Below are positions 9,517-18,504 of a stretch of DNA of 64,000 nucleotides, piece after piece. Within the stretch, counting starts at the first letter, position 1, and each line of letters opens with the position of its first letter. The stretch covers positions 1-64,000 of the forward strand of contig JBHLRQ010000004.1 in the NCBI GenBank assembly GCA_048882385.1, in the 5' to 3' direction. The notes under the pieces are model-generated. The model saw nothing but the letters and a program-made list of their open reading frames with translations. It searched no databases and had not been told where the DNA came from. The DNA comes from Candidatus Thorarchaeota archaeon. GTDB lineage: Archaea > Asgardarchaeota > Thorarchaeia > Thorarchaeales > Thorarchaeaceae. The position numbers were made by a program, and so were the translations under genes.

Positions 9517-10587
9517 ATGGCAGAAGATGCCGATCATGTCGAAGAAACTGGCACAGACGAAGAGCAGTCCGAGCCAGAGGAAGAAGTGTACGAAGAGCTT
9601 GAAACTGTCGAAAAGAAAGAGGGTAGAAAGATTAGTCTTCCAGCAAATCCAGTAGGATTTCTTCTGAATTTCAGAATGCTACGAAGATTTGTTCAGCTAG
9701 TCTTTTTGATTGGAATTAATGGGTACGTACTTCTCGCTTGGTTCCATATGCCAAACGTCCAAGCATTTTGGCTTTCCATTTGGAGTAATTTGCCAACATT
9801 ACCAATCCTTGCTCCTCTGGAAGCACCCTTTGGGGCAATTGCAGGTTCTTTTGATACTTTGATACGTGAGTTTTCATCAGGAATATTCCCACTCTTTACG
9901 ATTGGAGCGATGCTGGTCATACTGATTATCGTTGGTCGTGCTCCATGCGGGTGGATATGTCCAGTTGGTACGATTCAGGATTTTGTTACACTTCCAAAGA
10001 GAACTAAGACTCGCCCTCCGCCTAAAACTGAGGAGGAACTACGAAAGGTAAAACCATATGTTTTCATCATAGTTGCATTTCTTGCAGTCTGGGTTGGATT
10101 TGCTAGAATCACTGGTTCAGCTGAATCGCTAGAGGTAGCTCTTGGAGCCTTTGTTGACGATGCATTTGCACCTTTGAACCCAGCGTATATCCTATTTGTT
10201 GTGCTACCTCAGCAGGCGGAACTAGGTCTATGGCCAACTGATTTGAACACATTATGGTACTTCTCACAATGGGGTTGGCCATTAGCTCAGATGGGATTTG
10301 TCATATTGGTGTTCTTGATATCATTCTGGGTTCCACGATGGTTCTGCAGATGGCTCTGTCCTGCAGGATGGTTCTATAGCGTCTTCTCTAGGGATGCCTT
10401 GATTGGATTAGGAAGGAATCCTGCAAGATGCACTCCAGACACATGCAATGTGTGTGAGGTGGTATGTCCAATGAATATCAGAATCAGGAAATTCCCATAT
10501 CAGCGCATGCATAGTCCAGATTGTATCATGTGCCTGGACTGCAAAAGCCACTGTCCGAATGACGCAATTGTCATTAGGTTCTCATAG
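9517..10587 (+). CDS. Membrane 4Fe-4S protein, NapH/MauN family
   Basis: CGWICPVG and FCRWLCPAG motifs, TM helices, C-terminal ferredoxin CxxCxxCxxxCP. Confidence 0.9.
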   Translation: MAEDADHVEETGTDEEQSEPEEEVYEELETVEKKEGRKISLPANPVGFLLNFRMLRRFVQLVFLIGINGYVLLAWFHMPNVQAFWLSIWSNLPTLPILAPLEAPFGAIAGSFDTLIREFSSGIFPLFTIGAMLVILIIVGRAPCGWICPVGTIQDFVTLPKRTKTRPPPKTEEELRKVKPYVFIIVAFLAVWVGFARITGSAESLEVALGAFVDDAFAPLNPAYILFVVLPQQAELGLWPTDLNTLWYFSQWGWPLAQMGFVILVFLISFWVPRWFCRWLCPAGWFYSVFSRDALIGLGRNPARCTPDTCNVCEVVCPMNIRIRKFPYQRMHSPDCIMCLDCKSHCPNDAIVIRFS

Positions 10588-10941
10588 ATCGAGATGATCG
10601 GTGACCTCTAGAACATCGTTGAATGCATCATTCACAGAAGAATAGAGCTTCATCAACTCTAGTCCGTCCTTTGTAACGCGAGCCCCTCCACCACCCTCGG
10701 TTCCACCTTTGTGGGTTTCAACAAGAGTTATCCCGAGCTCTCTCTCGATTTTCTTGATGACTCCCCAAGTATATCGATAGGACATACCAAGTTTTTTTGC
10801 ACCCTTGGTGATTGTTCCCTCTTCATGAATAGCCTTCAGAATTGCATATGCACCCGGTCCGAAAATGTACTTCCCATCCCTCTCAAGCCACAACTTGTAG
10901 TTGGGTTCCAGCTTAAGGGTTCGTTCGTCTTTAGGACTCAC
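10582..10941 (-). CDS. modE: ModE N-terminal-type winged-helix regulator
   Basis: FGPG..LKAI..GTITKGAKKLGMSYRYTW and GGGA..T motifs. Confidence 0.85.
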   Translation of the reverse strand: MSPKDERTLKLEPNYKLWLERDGKYIFGPGAYAILKAIHEEGTITKGAKKLGMSYRYTWGVIKKIERELGITLVETHKGGTEGGGGARVTKDGLELMKLYSSVNDAFNDVLEVTDHLDL

Positions 10942-10989
10942 ATTAATTCCTCCGTAGACAGGGATGGAGTATTCAATTCACAGTATAAT

Positions 10990-11214
10990 CTAATGACCCC
11001 AGCGAAGGCGTTCACCCTTCGTGTCTTTCTTAAACACTTTCTTGACTATTTTCCAGTGGTCAGCACAAAGATAGACTGTCCTTGATTTTGTATCTTTCAC
11101 TTTGAGGTCAGATTTAGCTACACTCTCAGCGATTCGATCGCGCTTCATTGATCTCTTCGAAGGTTTCCTACAACCAACAATACTGCAAATCTTGTCCGTA
11201 CTCACTTGTGACAC
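10990..11214 (-). CDS. Small basic zinc-finger protein
   Basis: CSIVGC...LCADH, Lys/Arg-rich, 74 aa. Confidence 0.75.
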   Translation of the reverse strand: MSQVSTDKICSIVGCRKPSKRSMKRDRIAESVAKSDLKVKDTKSRTVYLCADHWKIVKKVFKKDTKGERLRWGH

Positions 11215-11263
11215 TTCAAACGCACTTCCTGTTTAATGGTATTATAACTATAGCGCATTGATA

Positions 11264-12256
11264 TCAAGTATTCATATTCTTAGGAGTGAGAATGCCACCT
11301 TTGGAGAAATCAAAGAGGACCTTCTCCTCAGCATCAAGGCGTAGCCTTACTTCCTTTGAATTATTTACAATTCCGACTACAACAGACGTCATTCCATGCC
11401 TCGAAGCAATCTCTTCCACTCGTTCTAGGTTTTCATTGGGAATGGAAATCAAAAAACCAAGCGAGATGTACATACGTAGCCAGTCATCAAGATCTATTCC
11501 TGAGGGTCTTGACGAATCAATAGCGTTAAGGTCAAGGGTTCCGCCCTTTCCAGAATACTCAAGCATCATTGCAGCTGTGCCAACAACACCAGCCACCGAC
11601 ACATCTTTTGATGCAGTAAGTAGTTGTTCACTAGCAAGAGAGTTCATTACTGAGAGTCGTAACACAACCTCCTCAGAAGACCTGTCTGTGACTGAATCCC
11701 ATCCAAGTTTGTAGCTTTCACCCCTCTGACCAACTCTGTCAAACAGGAGAATCAAGGTGTTACCGTCTTCTGCACCTCCAGCAGTAAGTAGGTTACTCTC
11801 GAGAACAGTACCGGTTGCTGATCCTACAACATATGTTGAGCTAGAACTTGGATTAGTGTGACCTCGAACAATAGGCACTCTGAACGTCTGAGAACCTGCT
11901 ATTAGACCATCAAGTATTGCTTCTCCTATTGTCGGGTCGGAATATGAGAGAGCTACTGCAAAAGATGTTGGTGTTCCTCCTGCAGCATAGATATCCATCA
12001 TGTTGGCAAGCACAGCATTAAAACCAGCCGCACGTGGATGATTCAAGCATAGGTCTTCAACAATAGCATCAGTTGTTAGAAGCACGAAATCGTCGCATCC
12101 TGAATCAATGGCTGCGGAGTCCTCCCCTAGGCTATGGGGTGTATCCCCATTGAAAGATTCAAGTCGGAGTTTATCAATAATAGAGGGCAAAACGAACTTG
12201 CGTGAGATTCCATCGAAACTCAAAAGAAGTTTCATAATCTCATCAAGACGATTCAC
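11264..12256 (-). CDS. AIR synthase-related protein (PurM/SelD/HypE superfamily)
   Basis: GEDSAA, NMMDIYAAGG, GHTN, SKDVSVAG motifs. Confidence 0.85.
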   Translation of the reverse strand: MNRLDEIMKLLLSFDGISRKFVLPSIIDKLRLESFNGDTPHSLGEDSAAIDSGCDDFVLLTTDAIVEDLCLNHPRAAGFNAVLANMMDIYAAGGTPTSFAVALSYSDPTIGEAILDGLIAGSQTFRVPIVRGHTNPSSSSTYVVGSATGTVLESNLLTAGGAEDGNTLILLFDRVGQRGESYKLGWDSVTDRSSEEVVLRLSVMNSLASEQLLTASKDVSVAGVVGTAAMMLEYSGKGGTLDLNAIDSSRPSGIDLDDWLRMYISLGFLISIPNENLERVEEIASRHGMTSVVVGIVNNSKEVRLRLDAEEKVLFDFSKGGILTPKNMNT

Positions 12257-12288
12257 ATCAAATCACTCGATAGCTGTTGTGTCATGAC

Positions 12289-12414
12289 CTAGGGACCACT
12301 TAGAAAACCGAGTGCAAATGCAGCTTGACCAAGCAAGATACCAATTCCCAAAAGTGATATCCCGACCATTAAGTAAATTAGCGCCCTCATTGAGGGACGG
12401 ATTTCCTCGAACAC
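12289..12414 (-). CDS. Putative 41-aa single-TM peptide MFEEIRPSMRALIYLMVGISLLGIGILLGQAAFALGFLSGP
   Basis: GTG start 6 nt after an AGGTGA RBS; too short for the ORF track. Confidence 0.55.
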   Translation of the reverse strand: MFEEIRPSMRALIYLMVGISLLGIGILLGQAAFALGFLSGP

Positions 12415-12490
12415 TGCAGTTCACCTTTGCTTGACTGCGAACTTTGCGGCACTTATAGACATTGTGCCACACCTACTCAAATGTCTAGTG

Positions 12491-12793
12491 TCACAGTTTT
12501 TGTCTGAACTTTCTAGCTATCTCTTTAGGCATAGCATCAGGATAGGGTTCGTCAAACTTGATTCTAGTCTGTGTCTGAACAGGCTTAGCAGATTTTTTAC
12601 ATTTCCCATCCTGCGTCATTTTGCGTTCTTGGCATTTGGCATGAATGCACCATCCCTGATCGCACTCTTCATCAATCCAAGTACACCAGATTTCCGTCTT
12701 GTTACCAAGCTTCCTGATCTTGAGAGCAGGAGGCTGTCTTTCACACTTGAAACTCTTACAGAGAGCCGAACAATCCATATCACTGCTGGTCAT
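12491..12793 (-). CDS. Cys-rich hypothetical protein
   Basis: Eight Cys in the N-terminal 65 aa; same strand as neighbours. Confidence 0.75.
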   Translation of the reverse strand: MTSSDMDCSALCKSFKCERQPPALKIRKLGNKTEIWCTWIDEECDQGWCIHAKCQERKMTQDGKCKKSAKPVQTQTRIKFDEPYPDAMPKEIARKFRQKL

Positions 12794-12826
12794 CGCTCAC
12801 CGCTCCAAATTTCTCGGTTTGTAAAT

Positions 12827-13624
12827 TCATCTTTTCTCAGCAAGACGGACAAGCGTGGTTAGTCGCTCCTTTCCGCCTTCTACGATTCGTATATTTCTTT
12901 CAAAACGATACTTTGTTATTTCATAGGTATCTCTTGAAACATCCCCGATTCTGAACTTAGCATTCACCCTACTGATTTCTTTCTCAAGACGCTTGAGAGT
13001 CTTATTTATTCCATTTATCCATTTTTTGGCAGTTTTGATTGCATTCTTTAGATTCTTGCGAAGCTCCTTTAATGTATCAATGATTTCACTCCGTTGTTCA
13101 TTGTAGACATCTTTGTCGACTGTACCTGAGATATCCTCAAGTTTTGATAATCGTCCCTCATGGATGTCAAGAGCTTCAAGTAGCTGCTCCAGAACTAGTT
13201 TTTCTTTAACCATCTTCAGTTCTCTTCTTCGATTCTTGGTTTTCTCGAATTCGGAACGCAACTCCTCTGCACGTATTGTTAAAACGGACTTGTTAGCTTG
13301 CTTTAGCTGAAGAGCTTGCCTCGTTGCTTTTGTTTTGTCAATCAATATATCCAGTTCTAGGTCAACAACCTCAAGTTCTGCTCTAGCCAGAAGGACTATT
13401 GCAGCTTCATACTCCATATCGGATATTGTTACATCGAAATGAGGGTATGACACCTTTGTGACTTGTTCCACATCTAAAGAAACGGGTTTTTCATCATCCA
13501 TAGGATCGGGTGTTTCTGGATATGGAGAATCCTCTGAATGAAGTGGTTTTCCGCAAAGCTTGCAATATCGTCCATCAGGGACCTCAAGATTACAGAAGGG
13601 ACACAGGACAAAGGATTCAGACAT
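12827..13624 (-). CDS. Zinc-ribbon plus long coiled-coil protein
   Basis: CPFC...CKLCG at the N-terminus, heptad-rich C-terminal two-thirds. Confidence 0.8.
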   Translation of the reverse strand: MSESFVLCPFCNLEVPDGRYCKLCGKPLHSEDSPYPETPDPMDDEKPVSLDVEQVTKVSYPHFDVTISDMEYEAAIVLLARAELEVVDLELDILIDKTKATRQALQLKQANKSVLTIRAEELRSEFEKTKNRRRELKMVKEKLVLEQLLEALDIHEGRLSKLEDISGTVDKDVYNEQRSEIIDTLKELRKNLKNAIKTAKKWINGINKTLKRLEKEISRVNAKFRIGDVSRDTYEITKYRFERNIRIVEGGKERLTTLVRLAEKR

Positions 13625-13684
13625 GGCTCTTGACCATCCAAAGATTTACTCGGATCATTATCCGAGTTTAGGATACAGTATTTC

Positions 13685-14002
13685 TTATGCTAGCGAGCCT
13701 AATCGTGCACTCACTTCATCTAGCTGGGCTTTAGTGGTGACAATTGTACTCATTCCGTAAGTGGGTAAAACCTTTAGTTCCTCCACAAGAAGCGCAATTG
13801 CCTTCGCCGAATCTATCTCCTTCTGATCAAGCGAGCCATCAGGAAAAGTAAGTGATGCCTCGACCCACTTTGTTTTAGTGTCATCAGAGGGGAACAGACA
13901 GTAGATGTAGTCTTCATTGCTGCAGATAAATGAAGGAGTATTCTCCCAGGCTTTGGCCAACAGCATACCAAAAGCCTTCGCGTTCTCAGCCTTATCAGCC
14001 AT
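13685..14002 (-). CDS. Hypothetical protein
   Basis: 105-aa ORF, GAGGATGA RBS, protein-like composition. Confidence 0.75.
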   Translation of the reverse strand: MADKAENAKAFGMLLAKAWENTPSFICSNEDYIYCLFPSDDTKTKWVEASLTFPDGSLDQKEIDSAKAIALLVEELKVLPTYGMSTIVTTKAQLDEVSARLGSLA

Positions 14003-14077
14003 CAGGATTCATCCTCGGGGCTAGATGTTGTCAGGGACAATGAAACTGCGAACTTAAAACTTTCTCAGTTGGTCAAA

Positions 14078-14641
14078 CTATGGTCTATACCAGATAAACG
14101 AATAGTATGCGACATCACCATTTTCTTTGACAGTAGCAATGATGAATTTCTTTCGTACACTTGCTGACAATCTTCCTGTACGTGCAATGTCAAGGGGATC
14201 AATTCCTTGTCCCCTAGGAATAACATGTATCAGAAATGGTGAATGGTCAATTCCTGGACCATATTCATAGACTCCAAAATCAGTTCCAAACTTCAAACCG
14301 GGTCGTACAACATACCCAGAGTCACGAAGCTCAGAATACACAACAAACCGGTCTCTAAAACCATCTAACCATTCAGAGCCCAACTTGAGAAGGTCTTCCA
14401 CGCTCAAAATGGATTCATCGTCATGTCTTCGAACTCTCAAACGCTTGTGTTTTGTGAGATATGCACATTCGATGAGAGATAACTCCAGAGGTTTATCAAA
14501 TACAGAGGACTTGGGTTTTCTAATTCCAACTGGTTGTCCGAAGTAGTCCTTGTCATAAAGACGCATGCCTTGTTTAACATCCCATACAATACCTCTATCA
14601 CCCACGAGACGTGCGTCTGCGACAGGGGAATTTTCACTCAA
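14078..14641 (-). CDS. endA: tRNA-intron endonuclease, catalytic subunit
   Basis: LELSLIE, VYSELRDSGYVVRPGLKFGTDFGVYE..PG..HS, VRKK motifs. Confidence 0.95.
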   Translation of the reverse strand: MSENSPVADARLVGDRGIVWDVKQGMRLYDKDYFGQPVGIRKPKSSVFDKPLELSLIECAYLTKHKRLRVRRHDDESILSVEDLLKLGSEWLDGFRDRFVVYSELRDSGYVVRPGLKFGTDFGVYEYGPGIDHSPFLIHVIPRGQGIDPLDIARTGRLSASVRKKFIIATVKENGDVAYYSFIWYRP

Positions 14642-14659
14642 TTCATAACACCGACTGTA

Positions 14660-15322
14660 TCATGTATTTAGTGTGAGGGACAATGTTCGAATGACTAGTG
14701 CAGCATCTTCACTGAAATTAGCCATGTCCTCAAGCATGTTAATGAAGTCTCGAAATCTCAGCAGGACTGCTAAGGGAATCTCTAGAGAATAAAGAATTGA
14801 TACAATATCTCTCATTACTACATCAATTTCCTTCTCGAGTCTGCAAATTTCATCTGCATGTTTCATTGAGGTTTCCATATTTATGGAAAGAAATCGTACC
14901 GCCTCTCTTTGTTGTGAGACTTGAGCGTCTATTAGTTCACCAAGCTTAGCAACTTTCTCTTTAAGGTCACCTTCAGGAGTCCATTCTCCTACGACTGCAG
15001 CTAGATGGTAGCAGGCAATTTCTGATCCATCTATGCCTTTGTCATTATAATGAACAAGTTTCAGAAGGTCTTCGCGTTGCATTAGTGTACTTGCTTCTGC
15101 CAATTCATTAAGGATGGCTCTTTTCAGGGCATCGCCTTTTACCTCAATTTCTGTGATTTTTTGTAATTCTTCTTCGTCAATCGATTTCTTCCCTTCAAGC
15201 CAGTCAGTCATTGCATTAATCACAATCTTATATGCAGAAACAGCAGTCCTATAATGCTCATCAAGCATATGAGTGATATTTCCTAGCTCGGAACTCATGA
15301 AACGTCCATTATCAAGAACCAT
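14660..15322 (-). CDS. DUF47/PhoU-like phosphate transport regulator
   Basis: IEVKGDALKR, REDLLKL, LEKEIDV, EDAA repeat motifs. Confidence 0.85.
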   Translation of the reverse strand: MVLDNGRFMSSELGNITHMLDEHYRTAVSAYKIVINAMTDWLEGKKSIDEEELQKITEIEVKGDALKRAILNELAEASTLMQREDLLKLVHYNDKGIDGSEIACYHLAAVVGEWTPEGDLKEKVAKLGELIDAQVSQQREAVRFLSINMETSMKHADEICRLEKEIDVVMRDIVSILYSLEIPLAVLLRFRDFINMLEDMANFSEDAALVIRTLSLTLNT

Positions 15323-15407
15323 TGTATTTCACCCTGCAAGCTGGAGTCGATTGGAGTAGCTTTTTAATTCTTCCTGACATTCCACCATAATAGGAGAACT
15401 AGGTGAA

Positions 15408-16205
15408 ATGGAGCTCTGGCAGCTTATTGTTGCACTGATACAAGGACTTGTAGAATGGCTTCCTATAAGTAGTGAAGGACAGGTAGTGTTGTTTCTTTAC
15501 AACTTCACAGCTGTTCCCACAGAGGAAATTGTTTCACTTGTTGTTTGGCTACACCTTGGTACTGCATTAGCTGTAGTAGCGCGATACCCAAAAGTCATTC
15601 TTGAGATTCTAAGCCTTAAAGACAAAGGGCTGTTCAGACTACTCCTTGTGGCAACATTAAGCACAGCCATCACTGCAGTTCCACTGTATTTCTTTCTGAA
15701 GAATAGTCTAACACCATTCCATGGTGAGGTTCTAAATGTACTAGTTGGTATATTGCTCTTAATCACAGCGCTAATCCTCTATCTTCCTTCACGAACCACG
15801 GGAGAAACTGAGGAGATAACTAAGAATGTTGAAGACAGAGATGCAGCTGTAACAGGACTTATTCAGGGACTAGCGGTATTACCAGGTCTGAGTAGGTCCG
15901 GTGTCACCATTTCAGCACTGCTCATGCAAAAAATCGATAAGGAAACTGCAATGAAATTCAGTTTCTTGATGAGTGTCCCTGCTGTATTGGCTATTCTTGT
16001 TTTAGAGATTGTAACAGGAAGCACCATTCCTGCGGGGGTAGGAACATTGGACCTCATTGTGATTGAGGCCATAGTATTTGTGGTTGGATTAGCATCAATG
16101 GAATTCTTGCTAAGATTAGCTCGACAAATAAGTTTCTGGAAATTATGTCTAGTACTAGCAGTCATAGCGATTCTGTTTGGTATCCCTGCGTTGATACCAT
16201 TATAG
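15408..16205 (+). CDS. uppP: Undecaprenyl-diphosphatase BacA/UppP family
   Basis: QGLVEWLPISSEG, HLGT, LPGLSRSGVT motifs. Confidence 0.93.
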   Translation: MELWQLIVALIQGLVEWLPISSEGQVVLFLYNFTAVPTEEIVSLVVWLHLGTALAVVARYPKVILEILSLKDKGLFRLLLVATLSTAITAVPLYFFLKNSLTPFHGEVLNVLVGILLLITALILYLPSRTTGETEEITKNVEDRDAAVTGLIQGLAVLPGLSRSGVTISALLMQKIDKETAMKFSFLMSVPAVLAILVLEIVTGSTIPAGVGTLDLIVIEAIVFVVGLASMEFLLRLARQISFWKLCLVLAVIAILFGIPALIPL

Positions 16206-16208
16206 CTA

Positions 16209-16976
16209 TTAATCCTCCCTTTTCTGAAACATTATTGCGATGGGAGAGTTCGCCTGACGCCATTCCGCGAGTTTGCCTTCGTAATCTAGAGGAACTGGAT
16301 GGCGACCATGATTGCCAATTACGATAAATAGAGTCCCAACTCTTGCTTGTCTAAGAAGCACTTTGATCCAGTTGTCAGTTCGACGCACAATTTTCTCTAG
16401 AAGTGTTTTTGGCGGAGTTCTGTGTCCATATTGTGCATAAAGGCTCTCAAAGTCCAAGAAGTGAAGATACAAAAGTTCGCTTTTGAAGATGTGTTTTGTT
16501 GCCTCGATATAGGTGGCCATATCGTCTCTGGGTCGAACTGTAAATGCAGGGTCGAAATCACATTGAACCATGTCTTCTTCACGGCAAATAACTTTGGTTA
16601 CTTTTCCGGAGTTCCTGACATGTTTGATAAGGTGGAAGTCAGTTCTATGACCTTTCAGTAGTCTTTTGATGAGAGGTAACGCATAAGGATCAGTAGTTTC
16701 AAGTAGAGCCAAAGCTTCCATGTTTTTAATAAGAGCCTCAGGTTTGTACACCACTGCTTCAAAGAGTCCGAAGTTGTCAATCATAATTATGACAACTGCC
16801 TTCGGATTGAATTTCTGTAGCAACTCTTCATTTGGAGGAAAGAGTCCTTCAGGAATCTCTATACCTAGTAATTTCAAGACTGTCGCAGGAAACTCTAATG
16901 CTGTGGTTCGTACCTGTGGAAACGACATTCCTCTTCCTCGGTGGTGTTCCTGTTTTTGTTCGTAAATCCGCCTCAA
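16209..16976 (-). CDS. Divergent alkaline-phosphatase-superfamily protein
   Basis: VIIMIDNFG, LYLHFLDFE, IVIGNHG motifs. Confidence 0.7.
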   Translation of the reverse strand: MRRIYEQKQEHHRGRGMSFPQVRTTALEFPATVLKLLGIEIPEGLFPPNEELLQKFNPKAVVIIMIDNFGLFEAVVYKPEALIKNMEALALLETTDPYALPLIKRLLKGHRTDFHLIKHVRNSGKVTKVICREEDMVQCDFDPAFTVRPRDDMATYIEATKHIFKSELLYLHFLDFESLYAQYGHRTPPKTLLEKIVRRTDNWIKVLLRQARVGTLFIVIGNHGRHPVPLDYEGKLAEWRQANSPIAIMFQKRED

Positions 16977-17099
16977 TAAGGTTTGGTAGATAGGCTCTGC
17001 AGTAATGTATCTGCTGCATATTCTTCAAGCTTCTTTAACCTATGGCCGATGGAAGAGTTAAAAAACTCACCCGAGCCTCGAACCTCAAGGGGCAAACCA

Positions 17100-18062
17100 A
17101 TGACTCTTCGGGACATCATATACAAAGACACTGTCAAGTTCATCCTATCTGGGGGAAAAGGAGGAGTAGGAAAAACTAGCACAGCAGGAGCTATGGCAGT
17201 GCTATCTGCAAGGCATGGTTTTCGTACATTAGTACTCTCTACTGATCCAGCACATAGTCTAAGTGATAGTTTTGACCAAGATCTCTCTGGAGGAGAAGTA
17301 ATTCCGATACAGGGCTTTGACAATCTTTGGGGCATGGAGGTAAATACAGCAAAAGGAATGGAACAATTCCAACAAGCCATGGGAGAAGGCACAATAGGTC
17401 CTGAAGCACAAATGGCTGCAGGTCTGATGGGCGATATGACAGGAATGGCACCTCCTGGTTCTGATGAGGCAATGGCTTTTGGCAAAATTCTTGAATTTAT
17501 TGAAGACTCCTCATACGATCGGGTTATTTTCGACACTGCACCCACTGGGCACACACTTAAACTACTTGAACTACCGGACCTTTTGGATAGCTGGTTGGGC
17601 AAAATACTGACTATGAGACAACGACTCAGCTCCATGATGTCAGGACTGCGTAGTATGTTTGGAGGCGGGGATCAAGAAGACTCCTCTTGGCAAATGATTC
17701 AGCAGACGAAAGACAAGATATATGCAGCAAGAGTCGAATTATCAGACCCTGATACAACTCAGTTTGTTGTAGTGATGATTCCTGAAGCAATGGCAGTTTT
17801 TGAAACACAACGCCTGTTGGCAAGCCTCGACTCTTGGCACATTCCAGCCACCCATTTGATAGTCAATCAACTAGTACCTCCAAATCCATCATGCAAGTTC
17901 TGTTCAAAACGGCACGAAATGCAAGAGGCTAATATGGTTGATATTCGAGAGTTGTACTCAGACCTAGACCTGACAGAAGTCCCACAATTCGAAGGAGAGA
18001 TAAGAGGGATTGAGGGTCTCACAAAACTGGGCAAGATACTCATCGGAGAAGCTGAGGAATAA
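17100..18062 (+). CDS. arsA: ArsA/Get3 (TRC40) family ATPase
   Basis: GGKGGVGKTS, STDPAHSL, PGSDEA, DTAPTGHT, Met-rich insert, CKFC; ATG at 17100 preferred over the ORF start at 16983. Confidence 0.93.
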   Translation: MTLRDIIYKDTVKFILSGGKGGVGKTSTAGAMAVLSARHGFRTLVLSTDPAHSLSDSFDQDLSGGEVIPIQGFDNLWGMEVNTAKGMEQFQQAMGEGTIGPEAQMAAGLMGDMTGMAPPGSDEAMAFGKILEFIEDSSYDRVIFDTAPTGHTLKLLELPDLLDSWLGKILTMRQRLSSMMSGLRSMFGGGDQEDSSWQMIQQTKDKIYAARVELSDPDTTQFVVVMIPEAMAVFETQRLLASLDSWHIPATHLIVNQLVPPNPSCKFCSKRHEMQEANMVDIRELYSDLDLTEVPQFEGEIRGIEGLTKLGKILIGEAEE

Positions 18063-18064
18063 GA

Positions 18065-18163
18065 ATGAGACACTCAACAAAGAGAAAACTGATGTCGCTC
18101 TGTATGGTTCTTCTTTTCCTAGGTTCATTTGCAATAGCAATATTCCTCATGTACAGGCCTTGA
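18065..18163 (+). CDS. Putative 32-aa membrane peptide MRHSTKRKLMSLCMVLLFLGSFAIAIFLMYRP
   Basis: ATG 2 nt after the arsA/get3 stop; basic N-terminus plus one TM helix. Confidence 0.55.
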   Translation: MRHSTKRKLMSLCMVLLFLGSFAIAIFLMYRP

Positions 18164-18179
18164 CCTGAATAGACAAAAA

Positions 18180-18322
18180 CTAGACTCCTTTGACTCGTTT
18201 TACGACAGGCGGACGGATTTTGTAGAGAATCCGGCCGCCGCAGTAGGGCACTTGACGCCGGGAAGGGTCTTCAATCCTTCTGGCGTTACTTCCTTATGGC
18301 ACTTGTGGCATACGTAAACCAT
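18180..18322 (-). pseudogene. rpo12: RNA polymerase subunit Rpo12 (RpoP), one base short at TGC-CC-TAC (true frameshift or sequencing error)
   Basis: MVYVCHKC..TLPGVKCP in one frame and YCGGRILYKIRPPVVKRVKGV* in the -1 frame; length 143 nt. Confidence 0.85.
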
Positions 18323-18391
18323 TCTTGAAATTCACTCCTTCATATTGTTTGAACATCTCCTCTGGAATGATATCGCAATAAGAAGTTTGTC

Positions 18392-18457
18392 TTAAGGACT
18401 CTCCTTCAGACCTTCAGGAGTAACTTCCTTGTGGCATTTATGACAAACGTAAACCAT
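18392..18457 (-). pseudogene. Truncated upstream duplicate of the rpo12 5' end (MVYVCHKCHKEVTPEGLKESP*)
   Basis: First 18 aa identical to the downstream copy; own GGTGA RBS. Confidence 0.8.
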
Positions 18458-18504
18458 TCCAGTCACCAATATGAGTGGAATTCTAAGGCAATATGAAGCT
18501 TTTC

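Noticed and set aside
12289-12462. In-frame ATG...TGA upstream of the 41-aa peptide (possible selenopeptide)
   Set aside because: The TGA is within the AGGTGA RBS; no redox motif or SECIS
11264-12472. 69-aa ORF ending in TGA in frame with the AIR-synthase-like gene (possible Sec read-through SelD)
   Set aside because: The TGA is part of the GAGTGA RBS, the upstream peptide has no SelD-like motif, a better microprotein occupies another frame, and no SECIS was seen
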